From an uncultured Planctomycetota bacterium (GTDB lineage: Bacteria; Planctomycetota; Planctomycetia; Isosphaerales; Isosphaeraceae): 64,000 nucleotides of DNA. Position 1 is the stretch's first letter; every line of letters starts with the position of its first letter. The translations under genes were made by a program, and so were the position numbers. The stretch lies in NCBI GenBank assembly GCA_963737655.1, contig CAVTTN010000002.1, positions 1,088,001 to 1,152,000 on the forward strand, given 5' to 3'. The notes beneath the pieces were generated by a model. It saw only the letters and a program-made list of their open reading frames with translations, was not told the DNA's origin and ran no database searches. Below are positions 38,947-50,587 of this stretch, piece by piece.

Positions 38947-40104
38947 ATGCACTTACTCTCCCTGACATCGTGCGTCGCCATCCTGGCGGCCTGGACCCCC
39001 GCGCCGGCCGACGAGGCCGGGCGCCCTCTCGAAGATATGGGCCACCGGGTCAGGGATGTTGTGTTCAGCACGGAAGGCCGCCTCGTGGCGGTCTCCGATG
39101 CGAGGTTCTGCCTGGATGGCACGAGGGCGAGCTCGCTTCGGATCTGGGACGCGACGACCGGCCGGGTCGTCCGCACGTTGATGGAGGAACGCGACATCAA
39201 GTTCGTGCCCCCGTCGCGTGCCCTCGCATTCAGCCCCGATGGACTGAAGCTGGCGTCCGTCGGGCCGCTCCTCTGCGCCGATCCCACGCCCGGCGCCCCG
39301 CGCCCCCTGAAGACCTGGTCGGGCGGGAAGCTCCGGCTCTGGGACGTCGAGCGTGGCCGCCTCCTGGAAGAGGTGAAAGACCCGGGCCCGGTCTTCCAGG
39401 CCGTGACCTTCGGCAAGACGATCGCCTGCATCGATGAAGGGTGGAGGCTCCATGAGTACCGCGGCGACGCCGGCAAGGAACTGGCCTGTATCACCCCCAG
39501 GGGGGCCAGCCCGAAGGATTATCCATCCTCGCTGACCGCGAGCATCGCGTCGTTCGACCGGGCCGCGCGACGCGCCGTCGCGATCGTCGGCCGGAGGAAG
39601 ACCATCCCGGGGCCTGCACCAGTGATCCTGGCGTTGTGGGACGCGGATCGGCCTTCGGCCCGCTATCTCGATCTCAGGGACACCTCCCCGGACGCCGTCG
39701 CGATCGATCCCGATGGGCTCAGGTTCGCGGTCGCCGACTTCGACAGCCAGAGCCATAACGTCCCAATGGACCAACAAGTCTTGGTCCGCGACTTCGGCTC
39801 GGGCGAGGTCGTCCAGGAGATGGAGAAGACCGACATCGGCCAGCCGTTGCTCATCCGCTTCAGCCCGGACGGGACCAGGCTCGTGGCGGGCGACGAGAAG
39901 GACAACATTGACGTTTGGGACGCTCACACTGCACGGCACGTCCGCCGCATCCAGGGCCCTTCGGGCCTCGTGCCTCGTGCGATCGTCTTCCTGGATGGCC
40001 GCGTGCGGGTCGCCAGCGGAGGGAATGGCCTGTTGCGAGGCGCCACCGCAGACGAGCCGGCCACCTGGGAGCCATTGGTGATCTGGGAGGCCGCGATCCG
40101 ATAG
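38947..40104 (+). CDS. Exported WD40-repeat protein
   Basis: LRIWDATTG, AFSPDG, LRLWDVERG, FSPDGTRL, IDVWD. Confidence 0.8.
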   Translation: MHLLSLTSCVAILAAWTPAPADEAGRPLEDMGHRVRDVVFSTEGRLVAVSDARFCLDGTRASSLRIWDATTGRVVRTLMEERDIKFVPPSRALAFSPDGLKLASVGPLLCADPTPGAPRPLKTWSGGKLRLWDVERGRLLEEVKDPGPVFQAVTFGKTIACIDEGWRLHEYRGDAGKELACITPRGASPKDYPSSLTASIASFDRAARRAVAIVGRRKTIPGPAPVILALWDADRPSARYLDLRDTSPDAVAIDPDGLRFAVADFDSQSHNVPMDQQVLVRDFGSGEVVQEMEKTDIGQPLLIRFSPDGTRLVAGDEKDNIDVWDAHTARHVRRIQGPSGLVPRAIVFLDGRVRVASGGNGLLRGATADEPATWEPLVIWEAAIR

Positions 40105-40248
40105 CCCTGGGCGTATCCTCCGCTTCTCGACGACTTCGGACGCCCTGGATGACGGAGACCCGTCGATTCCCGTCCTCGACGCCGACCTCGGCTTCGAACC
40201 GATCGACACGATCCGCCCGAGGGCTTCGCTCGAAGGGCCGATCGCGAT

Positions 40249-42556
40249 TCACGGCCGGTCGAGCGCTTTCTTGAGGGCGGAGAACCGGGCCTTCATGGCG
40301 GCGCCTCCGAGGCCGGGGTGGAGGAGCTCGGTTCCTTCGATTAGCCTTCGGGCCGGGTCTTTTCGCCCTTCCTTGCCGAGGGCGGCGGCCTGGCCGAGCC
40401 GGGCGAGGAACCAGAGGGGCGACCCCGACTCGGCCCGGTGGGCGAGCTTGCGGTACGACTCGGCCGCCTCCGCCGGCTCGCCGGATTTGAGCTGGAGGTC
40501 GGCCAGGTCGGCCAGGTCCTCGGGTCCGAGCGCCTCGGGCGAGAGCGGTTTCGGATCGTTCAGGACGGCCCTGGCTCCGTCGCGGTCGCCCGAGAGGAGC
40601 CGCCCTCGGGCCCTCCGTAACCTGGCCTCGGTCACCCTCTTCGGCGGGACGCGGTCTCCGAGGCGGTCGGCGATCAGGGCCTCGATCCCTCCGGCCCGGC
40701 GGCTGACCCGGTCGCTGGCCGAGGCCGACGCCACGCGGTCGAGGTCTCGGGCCAGGTCGAGCCGGACGTCGGGCGGGATCGTCGGCGGGAGGTCGCTCGC
40801 GGCCTTCTCGGCGTCCAGGAGCTTCTCGGCCGAGACCATGGCCACGATCTTCAGGGCCGAGACCCGGGCCCGGGCGGCGTCTCTCAGGGGGCCTCGGGCC
40901 ACTCGTTCGATCGTGGCGAGGGCCTGGGACGGGTCGCCGAGGCCGGGGATCAGGTCCAGCCGGGCCCGTTCCAGGGCGATCTCGGCCTTGTCGGAGTCGT
41001 CCTTCGCCTGGGAGGCCAGGGCGTCGAGCGCCTTGCGGGCCTCGGCCAGCTCGGGGCCGATTTCCGAGGGGCTCGACCACGAACCGTTTCGCCGCGATCG
41101 CCTCGCGACGCATCGCCGAGGCGGCGAGCCGGGCGTCGAGCCATCGCGAGTGGTCGCGAGGGACCGACTCGAACAGGGCTTCGGCCTCGGATCGCTCGCC
41201 CTGGTCGAGCCGGTCGAGCCCGAAGAGCCATCGGGCCTCTCCGGTGCTGGGGTCGTCGGGAAACTGGGCGATCTGGTCGGCCAGGGCCCGGCGATAGCCG
41301 GAGACGGTCGGCCCGTCCTGCCCTTCGGCCAGGGCCCGGCCCTGGGCCAGGGCCCGGAGCATCCCGGCCCGGGGCCGAAGGGCCTTCGCGGACGGGTCGG
41401 CGAGGACCCGGGAGAACACGGCGTCCGCCCTGGCGAATTTCCCGGCCGAGAACAGGACGGCCCCGGCGCGGAACCGCAGGTCGGCCGCGCCCTGGGGATC
41501 GCCCCGGGCCTCGGACCGGGCCGCGGCGTTCAGGGCGAGCCGGGCGGAGCGATCGGGCTCGCCCAGGGCCTCGGCCGCCCGGGCCAGCAACGCCCAGGCC
41601 GACGGCTCGGCCGACGACGCCGGCTCGTCGATCGCCCGGCCGAGGTCCAGAAGGGCGAGCCGGCCTTCGGCCGGGGCCGATTGCACGAGCGCCTCGGTCC
41701 GCCGAAAGGCGTCGGCCTCGATGTCCGTCCGGGCCGGGCCGGGAGGCGTCGCCGCGTGCTCGGCCAGCCGGAGCCGGATCGCCAGGAGGTCTCGCTCGGC
41801 GGCCGGGATCGCCGCATCCTTCAAGGCCGCGAGCAGATCGCTCGCCCGATGCCGGCCGGCGGCGATCGGGACGCTTGCGGAGAGCCTCTCGGAGAGGCTC
41901 GTCGCGCCGGTCCTGGCCGAGGCGTCCAGCGCCTCCTGGGCCTCATCGAACCGCCCGGCCTCGGCCAGGAGCTCGGCCCGGAGCAGGTCGACGTGGCCCC
42001 GGAGGCTCGGCTCGGGGAAGGGGGCCTGGAGGAGCTTCAGGGCCTCGGCGCGATCGGAGGCCGAATTCGGCAACTTCAAATCGGCGCGATCGGCCAGGGC
42101 CCGGGCCAGCCGATATCGCGCGTTCCGGCCGAGGAGGTCGTCGGGACCGGCGACCACGGGCCTCAATCGCTCGACGGCCGAGGAGAGCGCCGAAGCCGCC
42201 TCCGCCGGGGCCCGACGATCCAGGGGCGCCCTCTCCGCCTCCGACGACCAGCTCCGCCCCCTCGCCCACGAGTACACGGCCGACTGGAACTCGAACTGGC
42301 GGCGGTCGGGATGCTCGGGGTTCCTCGTCGAGAACCCATCCAGCAAGGCGGATGCCGCCGACCACCGCCTCCGCCTCTCCTCCGGAGTCGAGGCCGACCC
42401 GGCGGCGCGATCGAGCGTGCCGGCGAGGTCCAGGGCGACCCGTTCCCTCTCGCCGATCGGCCGGGACGGATCGTCCATCGCCGCCCGCCGGGACTCCACG
42501 AACGCCTCGACCTCGTCCTCGACCGGGGCCATCAGCACCAGGGCCAGAAGGAGCAT
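40249..42556 (-). CDS. Exported TPR/helical-repeat protein (frameshift near 41060)
   Basis: Signal-like start and Ala/Leu/Arg-rich helical repeats; continues in the 40249-40902 frame. Confidence 0.6.
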
Positions 42557-42624
42557 GAATCCCCCGAGGTGAAATCCGCCGATCTCTCCCGGGGATTCTA
42601 TCCCTCAACCCCCCCGGCCCCAAC

Positions 42625-43749
42625 TCACTCGGATGGCCCCACCGAACCGACCCTGGGCACGGTCACGCGATGCTCGCGGGCCCCTCGCAACACGGCCTCG
42701 CACAGCGCGATGGTCTTGAGGTTGTCCCGGCCCGAGATGTCGGGCTCGGTGCCGGTCTCGATCGCGAGGATCAGCCCGGCCATCGGCCCGGAGAAGGCGT
42801 CGGGGAACCAGGCCTCGGGCCATCTCGGGCGGTGCCAGGCCCCGCCGTCCCGCGAGGTCGTCCAGTCGATCGTGCTGGGCACGCGCTCGGGCCAGCCGGG
42901 CCAGCCGATCGTGCCCAGGGCCATCCCCTCGGTCCCCTCCACCCGCCAGCGGATGCCGAGGTCGGCCGCCGCGCCCTCGCGGGCCGGGCCCGCCCAGACG
43001 TCGTCCCACGACGCCGCCCTGGCGCCGTCGTCGTATTCCAGGATGTACAGGTTGATCCCGTCGAAATGATCGAATTTGGTCCGAGGATCGAGGCCCGTGC
43101 TGGCCAGGACCCGCGCCGGGTCGCCCAGCCAGTATCGGAACGTGTCGAGGTGGTGGATGCTCATGATGAACGTCGAGAGCGACCGCCCGCCCCGGGCCCA
43201 GGGCATCCAGTGGGGGATCGCCCTCATCTCGATCGTCGCCAGGACGGGAAGGCCGAGGTCCCCGCGATCGAGCAACGCCTTCAGGGCGCGGACCGAGTGG
43301 TCATATCGCATGTTCTGGTTGACCTGGAGCGCCACGCCCGCCGCCCGGCAGGCCGTGACGAGGTCCCTCGCCTCCTCGATCGACGGCGCTAAAGGTTTTT
43401 GCGCGAGAATGCCACGCACCTTTCTCGGATGATCCAGGATCCGGCGGATCACGCCCGGCTGGGCGGCCGGCGGCACGGCCACGTCGACGACCTCGACCGC
43501 CGGGTCGTCGAGCATCGCCTCCACCGAGTCGAACACCGCGGGGACGCCCCGGAGGGCCGCCACCTCGTCGGCCGAGGCCCGCGTCCTCGACGTGATCCCG
43601 ACGACGCGGAAGCCCGACTCGCGATAGGCCACGAGGTGGCAGTCCCGGACGATGAACCCGGCGCCCACGACGCCGATCCCCAACGCCCGGGGATGATCGG
43701 GCATCCGGGCCAGGTGAGGGAGATCCTGAGCAGAGAAGGATTCTGGCAT
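42625..43749 (-). CDS. Gfo/Idh/MocA oxidoreductase
   Basis: IGVVGAGFIV, AQKPLA, VNQNMRYD, SIHHLDTFRYWLG. Confidence 0.9.
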   Translation of the reverse strand: MPESFSAQDLPHLARMPDHPRALGIGVVGAGFIVRDCHLVAYRESGFRVVGITSRTRASADEVAALRGVPAVFDSVEAMLDDPAVEVVDVAVPPAAQPGVIRRILDHPRKVRGILAQKPLAPSIEEARDLVTACRAAGVALQVNQNMRYDHSVRALKALLDRGDLGLPVLATIEMRAIPHWMPWARGGRSLSTFIMSIHHLDTFRYWLGDPARVLASTGLDPRTKFDHFDGINLYILEYDDGARAASWDDVWAGPAREGAAADLGIRWRVEGTEGMALGTIGWPGWPERVPSTIDWTTSRDGGAWHRPRWPEAWFPDAFSGPMAGLILAIETGTEPDISGRDNLKTIALCEAVLRGAREHRVTVPRVGSVGPSE

Positions 43750-44026
43750 CTTCACACCTTCGATTGCCGAGCGCAGGGCGGTCGAGACGCCCTCATGGTA
43801 CGCCCTCCGAGCCGCCAATCCAATGAAGAGTTTGTCAAGGGAATTTTTCGATCGGGAGAAGTCGTGGGTTGCAAAGTCGTTACAATCCTCCCATCCTGTG
43901 ACCTCGGCGCGGTGGCCGCGACGAGTCAGGCACCCCTCTCCACGACAAGGGGCTGTCATCGTCGAGGCCGGGATGAGGCCCGCATCGCTGCGGGCCCGCC
44001 GTGCCGGACCTCCGGAGTCTGGTCTC

Positions 44027-44632
44027 TTGACGCATTGCATCTTCACCAGGTGGGACCGACGGATCGCTCGCCTCTTCGCCCTGACGGCCGCCCTCGGCGC
44101 CGTCTGCCTCGCGGCCCCCTCGGCCAAGGCCCAGTCCTTCGCCCGGCGGACCTCCGCGACCTATCGGCCGGCGTACTACACGACGTATGCCCCGAGCCGG
44201 CCCTCCTACTCGTACCCGCCGCAGTACCAGTACCGGTACCAGTATCCGCCGACTTATACATATTCCTCGGGGTACTCGTCTCCGGTGCAGGCGCCGGCCG
44301 CCGTCGCGGCGGCCCCGACGTCCTCGGGCGATCCGACCGGATTCCTCTCCTGGCTGAACGCGACCCGGGCCGCCCACGGGCTGTCCGCCGTCGGGTACGA
44401 CGCGAACCTGGCGAGCTGGGCGGCCATGAACAACGGCCACCAGTCCGCCCGCGGGATGGGCCACTTCGTCATGGGGCCGGCCCGCAGGCAGAACTGCGCG
44501 ATGGGCAATGCCGCCTCGATCGGCTCGATGTGGATGAGCTCGCCGGCGCACCGCGCCGCCCTGCTCGACCCCAGCATCCGCGCGATCGGCCTGGCCGGAA
44601 ACGGCAATTACTGGACGTTCAACGCCTATTGA
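44027..44632 (+). CDS. Secreted CAP (SCP) domain protein
   Basis: Signal peptide, Tyr/Pro-rich linker, LNATRAAHGL, GH, WMSSPAHRAALL; TTG start inferred. Confidence 0.75.
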   Translation: MTHCIFTRWDRRIARLFALTAALGAVCLAAPSAKAQSFARRTSATYRPAYYTTYAPSRPSYSYPPQYQYRYQYPPTYTYSSGYSSPVQAPAAVAAAPTSSGDPTGFLSWLNATRAAHGLSAVGYDANLASWAAMNNGHQSARGMGHFVMGPARRQNCAMGNAASIGSMWMSSPAHRAALLDPSIRAIGLAGNGNYWTFNAY

Positions 44633-44773
44633 GGCGAGGCGATCCGGGTGGGAGCCCTCTCGGCGCCCCGCGCGCGCCGGGAGGGCCATTCCGAGGAATA
44701 TTTTCATTGTCTCCGGGGTCGGGGCCCGGAATGATGGGGCGTCGCAGGCGACATCGATCCCCGGGGTCCGCTC

Positions 44774-46277
44774 ATGTTTCCCATCTCGCTCGCCTCCCTG
44801 ATGCTCCTGGCCGGGTCCGGGGTCTCGCCCCTGGCGGACGATCCGCCGGCCGGCGATCACGTCCGGCGTTCCGTGGTGAAAATCGATGCGACGATCCGGT
44901 CTCCGGACCTCGGCCATCCGTGGTCCCGGCCGTTCCCGATGGACGTGAGCGGGACCGGCCTGGTGATCGCCGGCCATCGCATCCTGACGAATGCGCACGT
45001 CGTCTGCTATGCCACGAGGGTGATGGTCCAGGGAGGCCGGTCCAGCGACAAGGTCGGCGCGACGGTCGAGGCGATCGCCCCCGGGATCGATCTGGCCGTC
45101 CTGAAGCTGGAGGACGAGGCGTTCTTCGACGACAAGCCCGCCCTGCCGTTCTCCTCCGCGATGCCCCGAGACCGCGAGAACGTCCTGGTTTACGGGTACC
45201 CGACCGGAGGGGCGAGCATCAGCGTGACCAAGGGGATCGTCTCCCGGGTCGAGTTCACGGCCTACGACCAGGACACCCAGGGCCTCCGCGCCCAGATCGA
45301 CGCCGCGATCAACCCGGGCAACAGCGGAGGCCCCGTCGTGGCCGAGGGCAAGCTCGTGGGCGTGGCCTTCAGCCGCCTGAACGGGGCGGACAACATCGCC
45401 TACATCATCCCGACCGAGGAAGTCGAGACCTTCCTCGACGACGTGAAGGACGGCCGGTACGACGGCAAGCCCTCGCTGTTCGACCAGCTTCAGACCCTGG
45501 AGAACTCGGCCCTGAAGGCGAAGTTGAAGCTCCCGCCCGGCACCTCGGGCATCGTCGTCCACAAGCCCGAGCCGCCCGAGGGCCGCGAATCCCCGCTGAA
45601 GGAGTGGGACGTGATCACCCGGATCGGCGATCATCCCGTGGACAACACGGGGATGGCCACGATCGACGACGGGTCCGAGATCCGGTTCCAGTACTTCGTC
45701 CCGAAGGTCGCCCGCGACGGGAAGGTTCCGCTGACGATCGTCCGGGATGGCCAGACGATGGCCGTCGAGGCCCCGGTGGCGTCGCGGAAGTCCCTGCTCT
45801 TGCCCCCGCTTCGAGGCGGTTTGCCCTCCTACATCATCTATGGCCCCCTGGTCTTCACCGCCGCCACCAGCGACATGGTTTCCGGCTCCGAGCAGGCCCA
45901 GAGCGGCTGGTTCGCCTGGATGTGCGCCAACAGAGCCCCTCGGGCTCCGCTTCGCCGACCGGCCCCGGTTCCCGGGCGAGCAGCTCGTGGCGATCCCGAT
46001 CCACTTCAACCACCGGACCATCCAGGGCTACTCGGACATGAGGATGCTCACGGTCAAGGAGGTCAACGGCGTCACGATCAAGAACCTCAAGCACATGGCC
46101 GAGACCCTCCGCGACCTCAAGGAGGACCTCGTGACCATCGCCTTCTACGAGGAGAACGTCGAGACGATCGTCCTGGACCGCAAGGCGATCGAGGCGGCCT
46201 CCGAGGACATCCTGGCCGAGAACGGGATCCGCAAGGCCGCCAGCGACGACCTCGCGCCGATCTGGGAGAAGAAATAG
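44774..46277 (+). CDS. HtrA/DegP-like serine protease with two PDZ domains (frameshift near 45935)
   Basis: LTNAHVV, DLAVL, DAAINPGNSGGP; PSYIIYGPLVFT then VKEVNGVTIKNLKH in the next frame. Confidence 0.88.
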
Positions 46278-46285
46278 GCCGGCGG

Positions 46286-47119
46286 TCACCCGCCCAGCGG
46301 GCGGAACCAGCGGCCGAACTCCGCCCCGGGCGAGTCACCCCGGACGGCCCTCGCCGCCCTCCCCACGGCCAGGATCGGCGCGAGGATCGCCATCGCGCCG
46401 ACGAACCCCCGCCACACGGCGATCCAGGCCGTCGGCGCCAGGACCGCGACCGTCCCGAGGATCGCCAGGGCGATCCAGATCGTGGGCGGCTCGCACGCCT
46501 TGAACAGGGGCCACGTCACGAGCCCTCGGCCTCGTCCGGGCCACGGCGGAGGCGGCGAGGGCCGTCCCCCCGCCCCGCCGTCCACCCGGAACGATCGCGT
46601 CTCTCGCTTCAATCGCTGAAAAAACGCCTTGTATCGGCAATCGTTGTGGAGGCCGAGGAACGTCCAGCCCATCGCCACGAGCCAGCCGGCCGCGGACCAC
46701 CCGGGGCGACCGTCCCGGAGGCTCAGGCCGAACCCCAGGGCGAATCCCAGGGCCATCGTGAGCGCGTGATGCATCAGATAATCGAAATAGACCCCGCCAA
46801 GACTGGCCGTCCCCCGCCACCGGGCGACCTGGCCGTCGACGTGATCCAGCCAGTACGAGAGCCAGAGCGCCACGACCCCGGCCACGAACCCGAGGCGAGT
46901 CCCCGAGCCGATCAAAGCGGCGCCCGCGAGCCCGGAGGCCAGCGCCAGGGCCGTCACCGCATGGGCGGACAGCCCCAGCCGGACCGCCGCCCACGTCCCG
47001 AACACGGCCGACGGCCGGCCCACCCGCCGGGCCAGCCAGTTGCCGACCTCGGGCCCTCGGCCCTCGGAATGTTTGAACACCCGAGAGCGCAACTCGGCGA
47101 GCGAGGGTCGATCGGTCAT
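46286..47119 (-). CDS. CDP-alcohol phosphatidyltransferase family protein
   Basis: SAHAVT, LDHVDGQVARWRGTASLGGVYFDY motif. Confidence 0.82.
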   Translation of the reverse strand: MTDRPSLAELRSRVFKHSEGRGPEVGNWLARRVGRPSAVFGTWAAVRLGLSAHAVTALALASGLAGAALIGSGTRLGFVAGVVALWLSYWLDHVDGQVARWRGTASLGGVYFDYLMHHALTMALGFALGFGLSLRDGRPGWSAAGWLVAMGWTFLGLHNDCRYKAFFQRLKRETRSFRVDGGAGGRPSPPPPWPGRGRGLVTWPLFKACEPPTIWIALAILGTVAVLAPTAWIAVWRGFVGAMAILAPILAVGRAARAVRGDSPGAEFGRWFRPLGG

Positions 47120-48942
47120 CGTCGCGCCCCCGGAATCGCGGCGACCTCGGCCGGGGCATCCAGGTCGTAGATCGAATAGAGCCGAGTCACGCCGTCGGCG
47201 TCGGAAATCGCCTCGCGGAAGGTCGGCGAATGGCCCGAGAGCCACGGCGCAAGCCTTCGCGAAAGGGTCGGGTCGAATTCCACGGCCGCCTCGGGCACCG
47301 GCGGGCAGAGCATCAGATGCGTGAAGCCCTGACGGCGCAAATGATCGACGACCTCTTCGGCGGATTCGCCGCGACTCGTCAGGCCGGTCCGCCGGCGATG
47401 GGCCAGCTCCATCGTGTAAGGTCGAGGCAAGTAGAACCCCCGATGGTCCTGCCCCACGATCCGGGCGTCCGCCGGCAGATTCGCCGCGATCCACCGGCCG
47501 ACGCGATAGGTCGGCTCGCGACGATCGAGGAAGGACTCGGCCGTCTCCCGACCCAGGACCACGCCGATCCCGTGACGGGCCCGGCCGACGGCGATCGTCG
47601 CCTCGAACGCCAGGATGAGCGCGAGAATCCCGACGAGCACGCGGCCCGGGACGCCCCGACGGTCCCACCATGCCGACGCGGCCCACGCCACGCCCACCGC
47701 CATCGGCCCGACCGCCGTGAGCACGAATCGCATGCTCTGCCTCACACACAAACAGGTCGTCAAGAACGCGAATCCCAGGAGGACCACGCCGACGACCCGC
47801 CTCGGCGGCCCGAGCAGCAGGAGGCCCGGCAGGAACAGCAGGAACGCGGGCCCGAACTGGTGCGCGAGGCTGTCGAAGCGGTCGGGGTCGAGCGTCATCG
47901 GGCCCAGGGCCGTGAGCAGGTTCCACGGCGAGACGGCCATCGGCCGCTTGATCGGGTCGAGCACGTCGTCGATCCCGGAGCCGAAAATCCCCCGGAAGAA
48001 CGGATGGACGGGATTTCCCGTGAGGCCATACGCACGCAAGTACCACCCGCCGCCGACGAGGAGCGTACACGCCGCGAACGCGACGAACGGGCGGAATCCC
48101 CGGCCTCGGCCGAGCAACGACCCGCCCAGGACCGCCGCCCAGACCAGCCCGGGATACTTCACGCCGATCGCCATCCCGGCGAGCACCCCCGAGAGCGCGG
48201 CCGACCTCGTCGAGACCCGCCCCGAGACGACCAGGGCCGCGAGCGCCGCGTTGCCGAAGGCGGCGAGGGCGACGTCATTCAGGGGGGCGCCCATCCCGTT
48301 GGAGATCGCGGGGGTCAGCAACGCGATCGTCCCGGCCCATCGGGCGCGATCGCCCAGGACCGGCCGGGCGATCGCCGCCACGTTCGCCGCGAACGCCAGG
48401 CCCAGGACCCACTGGACCAGCCGGCACGCCACCGGCCCCCGGAACGCCAGGGCGACGGCGTAGAGCATCTCGACCACGAGCGGATAGGCCGTCTCGTGGA
48501 GGTCCGGCTCAAACGTCATCGCGCGATCGTGCAAGAAAATCTTCGGGACCTGGAGGTGATAGCATAAGGCGTCGCCATCGGTCACGGGCGACAGCGCGGT
48601 CAGCAACGTGCCGAGGACCGTGGCGATCAGGGCGGCGTCGAAGATCCACGACGGGAGGTCCGACGGGACCGAGGGACGCGCGATCGATCGCGTGAATCGT
48701 CTCAAGGCCAGGGACGCGGGGACCGCGCCGAGGCCCAGGATCAGGAGGAGTCCGCCTCGGCCGAGCGCGCCGATCTCCCCGAGAGCGAACGCGGCGAGGG
48801 ACAGCGAACCGAGGCCAAGCGGGACGGCGAGGCCGAGGGCGTCGCACCGATTCTCGGGAACGCCGATCGACCGGGCGAGGATCGCCAGGCCGAGGCCCGC
48901 CGACCAGGCCGTCAGGAGTGCGAGAAAGAGGAGGTCGAGCAT
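47116..48942 (-). CDS. GT-C / ArnT-like integral membrane glycosyltransferase
   Basis: DALCYHLQVP, GVKYPG, WYLRAYGLTGNPVHPF; many TM segments. Confidence 0.75.
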   Translation of the reverse strand: MLDLLFLALLTAWSAGLGLAILARSIGVPENRCDALGLAVPLGLGSLSLAAFALGEIGALGRGGLLLILGLGAVPASLALRRFTRSIARPSVPSDLPSWIFDAALIATVLGTLLTALSPVTDGDALCYHLQVPKIFLHDRAMTFEPDLHETAYPLVVEMLYAVALAFRGPVACRLVQWVLGLAFAANVAAIARPVLGDRARWAGTIALLTPAISNGMGAPLNDVALAAFGNAALAALVVSGRVSTRSAALSGVLAGMAIGVKYPGLVWAAVLGGSLLGRGRGFRPFVAFAACTLLVGGGWYLRAYGLTGNPVHPFFRGIFGSGIDDVLDPIKRPMAVSPWNLLTALGPMTLDPDRFDSLAHQFGPAFLLFLPGLLLLGPPRRVVGVVLLGFAFLTTCLCVRQSMRFVLTAVGPMAVGVAWAASAWWDRRGVPGRVLVGILALILAFEATIAVGRARHGIGVVLGRETAESFLDRREPTYRVGRWIAANLPADARIVGQDHRGFYLPRPYTMELAHRRRTGLTSRGESAEEVVDHLRRQGFTHLMLCPPVPEAAVEFDPTLSRRLAPWLSGHSPTFREAISDADGVTRLYSIYDLDAPAEVAAIPGARR

Positions 48943-48958
48943 CGACGGGCGGCCCTCA

Positions 48959-50587
48959 TCATCGGGGAGTCGGCTCGGGGGCGGGGAGGGCCGGGGCTGC
49001 GGAATTCACCACGGAGCCACGAAGGGCACGGAGGAAGACACGAAGGAATGCTGGGCCTCGTCGTCTTTGTGTCTTCCCCCGTGCCCTCCGCGGCTCCGTG
49101 GTGAATCTGTCGATCGCGCCTCGGCCCCTGGCCAGGAAGCCCGAGAGTTCCTCCGGAAATGCCCGGGCGCCAATCGCGATCGCGGGCAAGGAGCCGACGG
49201 CGAGGATCACGCCTCGGATCGCGGCCCCGAGCGGTCCGGCTCGGCCGATCTCGACGTGGGCCGCGAGGATCGCGGCGAGGCCGAAGCCCATCGAAAGACC
49301 CGCCACGCGGACCAGATGGAAGGCCCAGGCCCTCGCCCCGCATTCGGCGACGAACGCCGCGAAGCTCGTCAGCAGGAACACGCCGGAGTAGCCGATCGTC
49401 ATCCCCCAGGCCACGCCCACGAGGCCCGAGCCGACCGCGCCGATCGTCCCGACCTCGAGGATCAACGCGAATCCCGCGGCCGTCGCCAGCCCGAGCCGCC
49501 ACGGCCGGCCGACGGCCAGGAGCATCTGCCTGGCCGGCCAGGCCAGCGCCAGGAGGGCCGATCCGAGGACCAGCGGCCGGAGCGCGGGCAGCCCCTCGAC
49601 GTACCTCGGGATCAGCATCCCGAGAAATGCCGGCGCGAAGACATAGGCGATCGCCCCGCCCGCCGCCAGGATCGGCGCCTGGGCCTCGGTGGCCCTCATG
49701 GCCTGGATCGCCACGGCCTTCGGGTCGGCCGTCCGCCCGAGGGTGGCGAGGAAATGGGTCGAGAGGACCGTCACGAGACGGCCGGCCAGGTCCAGGCCCC
49801 AGCCCGCGCCGAGGAGGGCGACGGTGTACAGGCCCGCCGAGCGCTCGCCGTCGGGGACGAAGGCGAGGATCAACGCGCGGTCGATCGTCATCACGGCGCC
49901 GAAGGCGGCCGTGTTCGCCAGGATCGGCAGGCCCACGCCCATCAGGCGGGCCGTCGAGCGGACGTCCCAGGCCCATCGGAGCCGGAGCGGGTTCGAAACG
50001 TGGAGATACGAGATCTTGGCGATCAAGATCACGCCCACGGCCGCCAGCAAGCCCCAGAAGCCGGCCAGCCAGAGGCCCGAGGCCACGGCGACGGCCGAGA
50101 CGCTCGCCTCGACCACGTCCAGGCGGGTCGTCAGCGCGAATTCCCCCCGGGCCCGGAACACGGCGATCAGGAAGCTTTCATAGCGCTTGACCATCGCCAG
50201 GACGGCGACGGCGACGAGGCCCCAGGTCCACTCCGCGGCCAGGGGATCGCCGATTCGCGAGGGCGCCTTGAGCAGCGCCCAGGCGATCAGGGCGGCGGAG
50301 TAGAGCAAGCACGTCAGCGAGTTCGCGGTGTGGGCGACGTCGGCCACCCGGCGGGCCTCGGCGTCCCGCCCCGAGGCGATCAGGGCCGGGATTTCCTGGA
50401 CCGCGCCGAGGCCGACGCCCAGGCTCGATCGGTTCGTGTTGTCGAGGAACAGGCGGAGGCCGGTATAGACGCCGAGCCGTGCCGGGTCCAGGCCCCAGCG
50501 GAGGGCCAGGGTCGTGAGCGTCCCGAGGGCGCGCTCGACCTGCCCGCCCAGGGCGACGATCAGGCCGTCGCGGGTCAGCCCGGCCAC
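48959..50587 (-). CDS. Polysaccharide flippase (Wzx/MOP family)
   Basis: LDPARLGVY, GLPIL, IDRALI, GLYTVA, LIPRY..GLPAL; about 12-14 TM segments. Confidence 0.75.
   Translation of the reverse strand: MAGLTRDGLIVALGGQVERALGTLTTLALRWGLDPARLGVYTGLRLFLDNTNRSSLGVGLGAVQEIPALIASGRDAEARRVADVAHTANSLTCLLYSAALIAWALLKAPSRIGDPLAAEWTWGLVAVAVLAMVKRYESFLIAVFRARGEFALTTRLDVVEASVSAVAVASGLWLAGFWGLLAAVGVILIAKISYLHVSNPLRLRWAWDVRSTARLMGVGLPILANTAAFGAVMTIDRALILAFVPDGERSAGLYTVALLGAGWGLDLAGRLVTVLSTHFLATLGRTADPKAVAIQAMRATEAQAPILAAGGAIAYVFAPAFLGMLIPRYVEGLPALRPLVLGSALLALAWPARQMLLAVGRPWRLGLATAAGFALILEVGTIGAVGSGLVGVAWGMTIGYSGVFLLTSFAAFVAECGARAWAFHLVRVAGLSMGFGLAAILAAHVEIGRAGPLGAAIRGVILAVGSLPAIAIGARAFPEELSGFLARGRGAIDRFTTEPRRARGKTQRRRGPAFLRVFLRALRGSVVNSAAPALPAPEPTPR
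49004..49106. repeat. MITE-like palindrome inside the flippase 3' coding region
   Basis: attcaccacggagccacgaagggcacggaggaagacac ... gtgtcttcccccgtgccctccgcggctccgtggtgaat. Confidence 0.8.
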
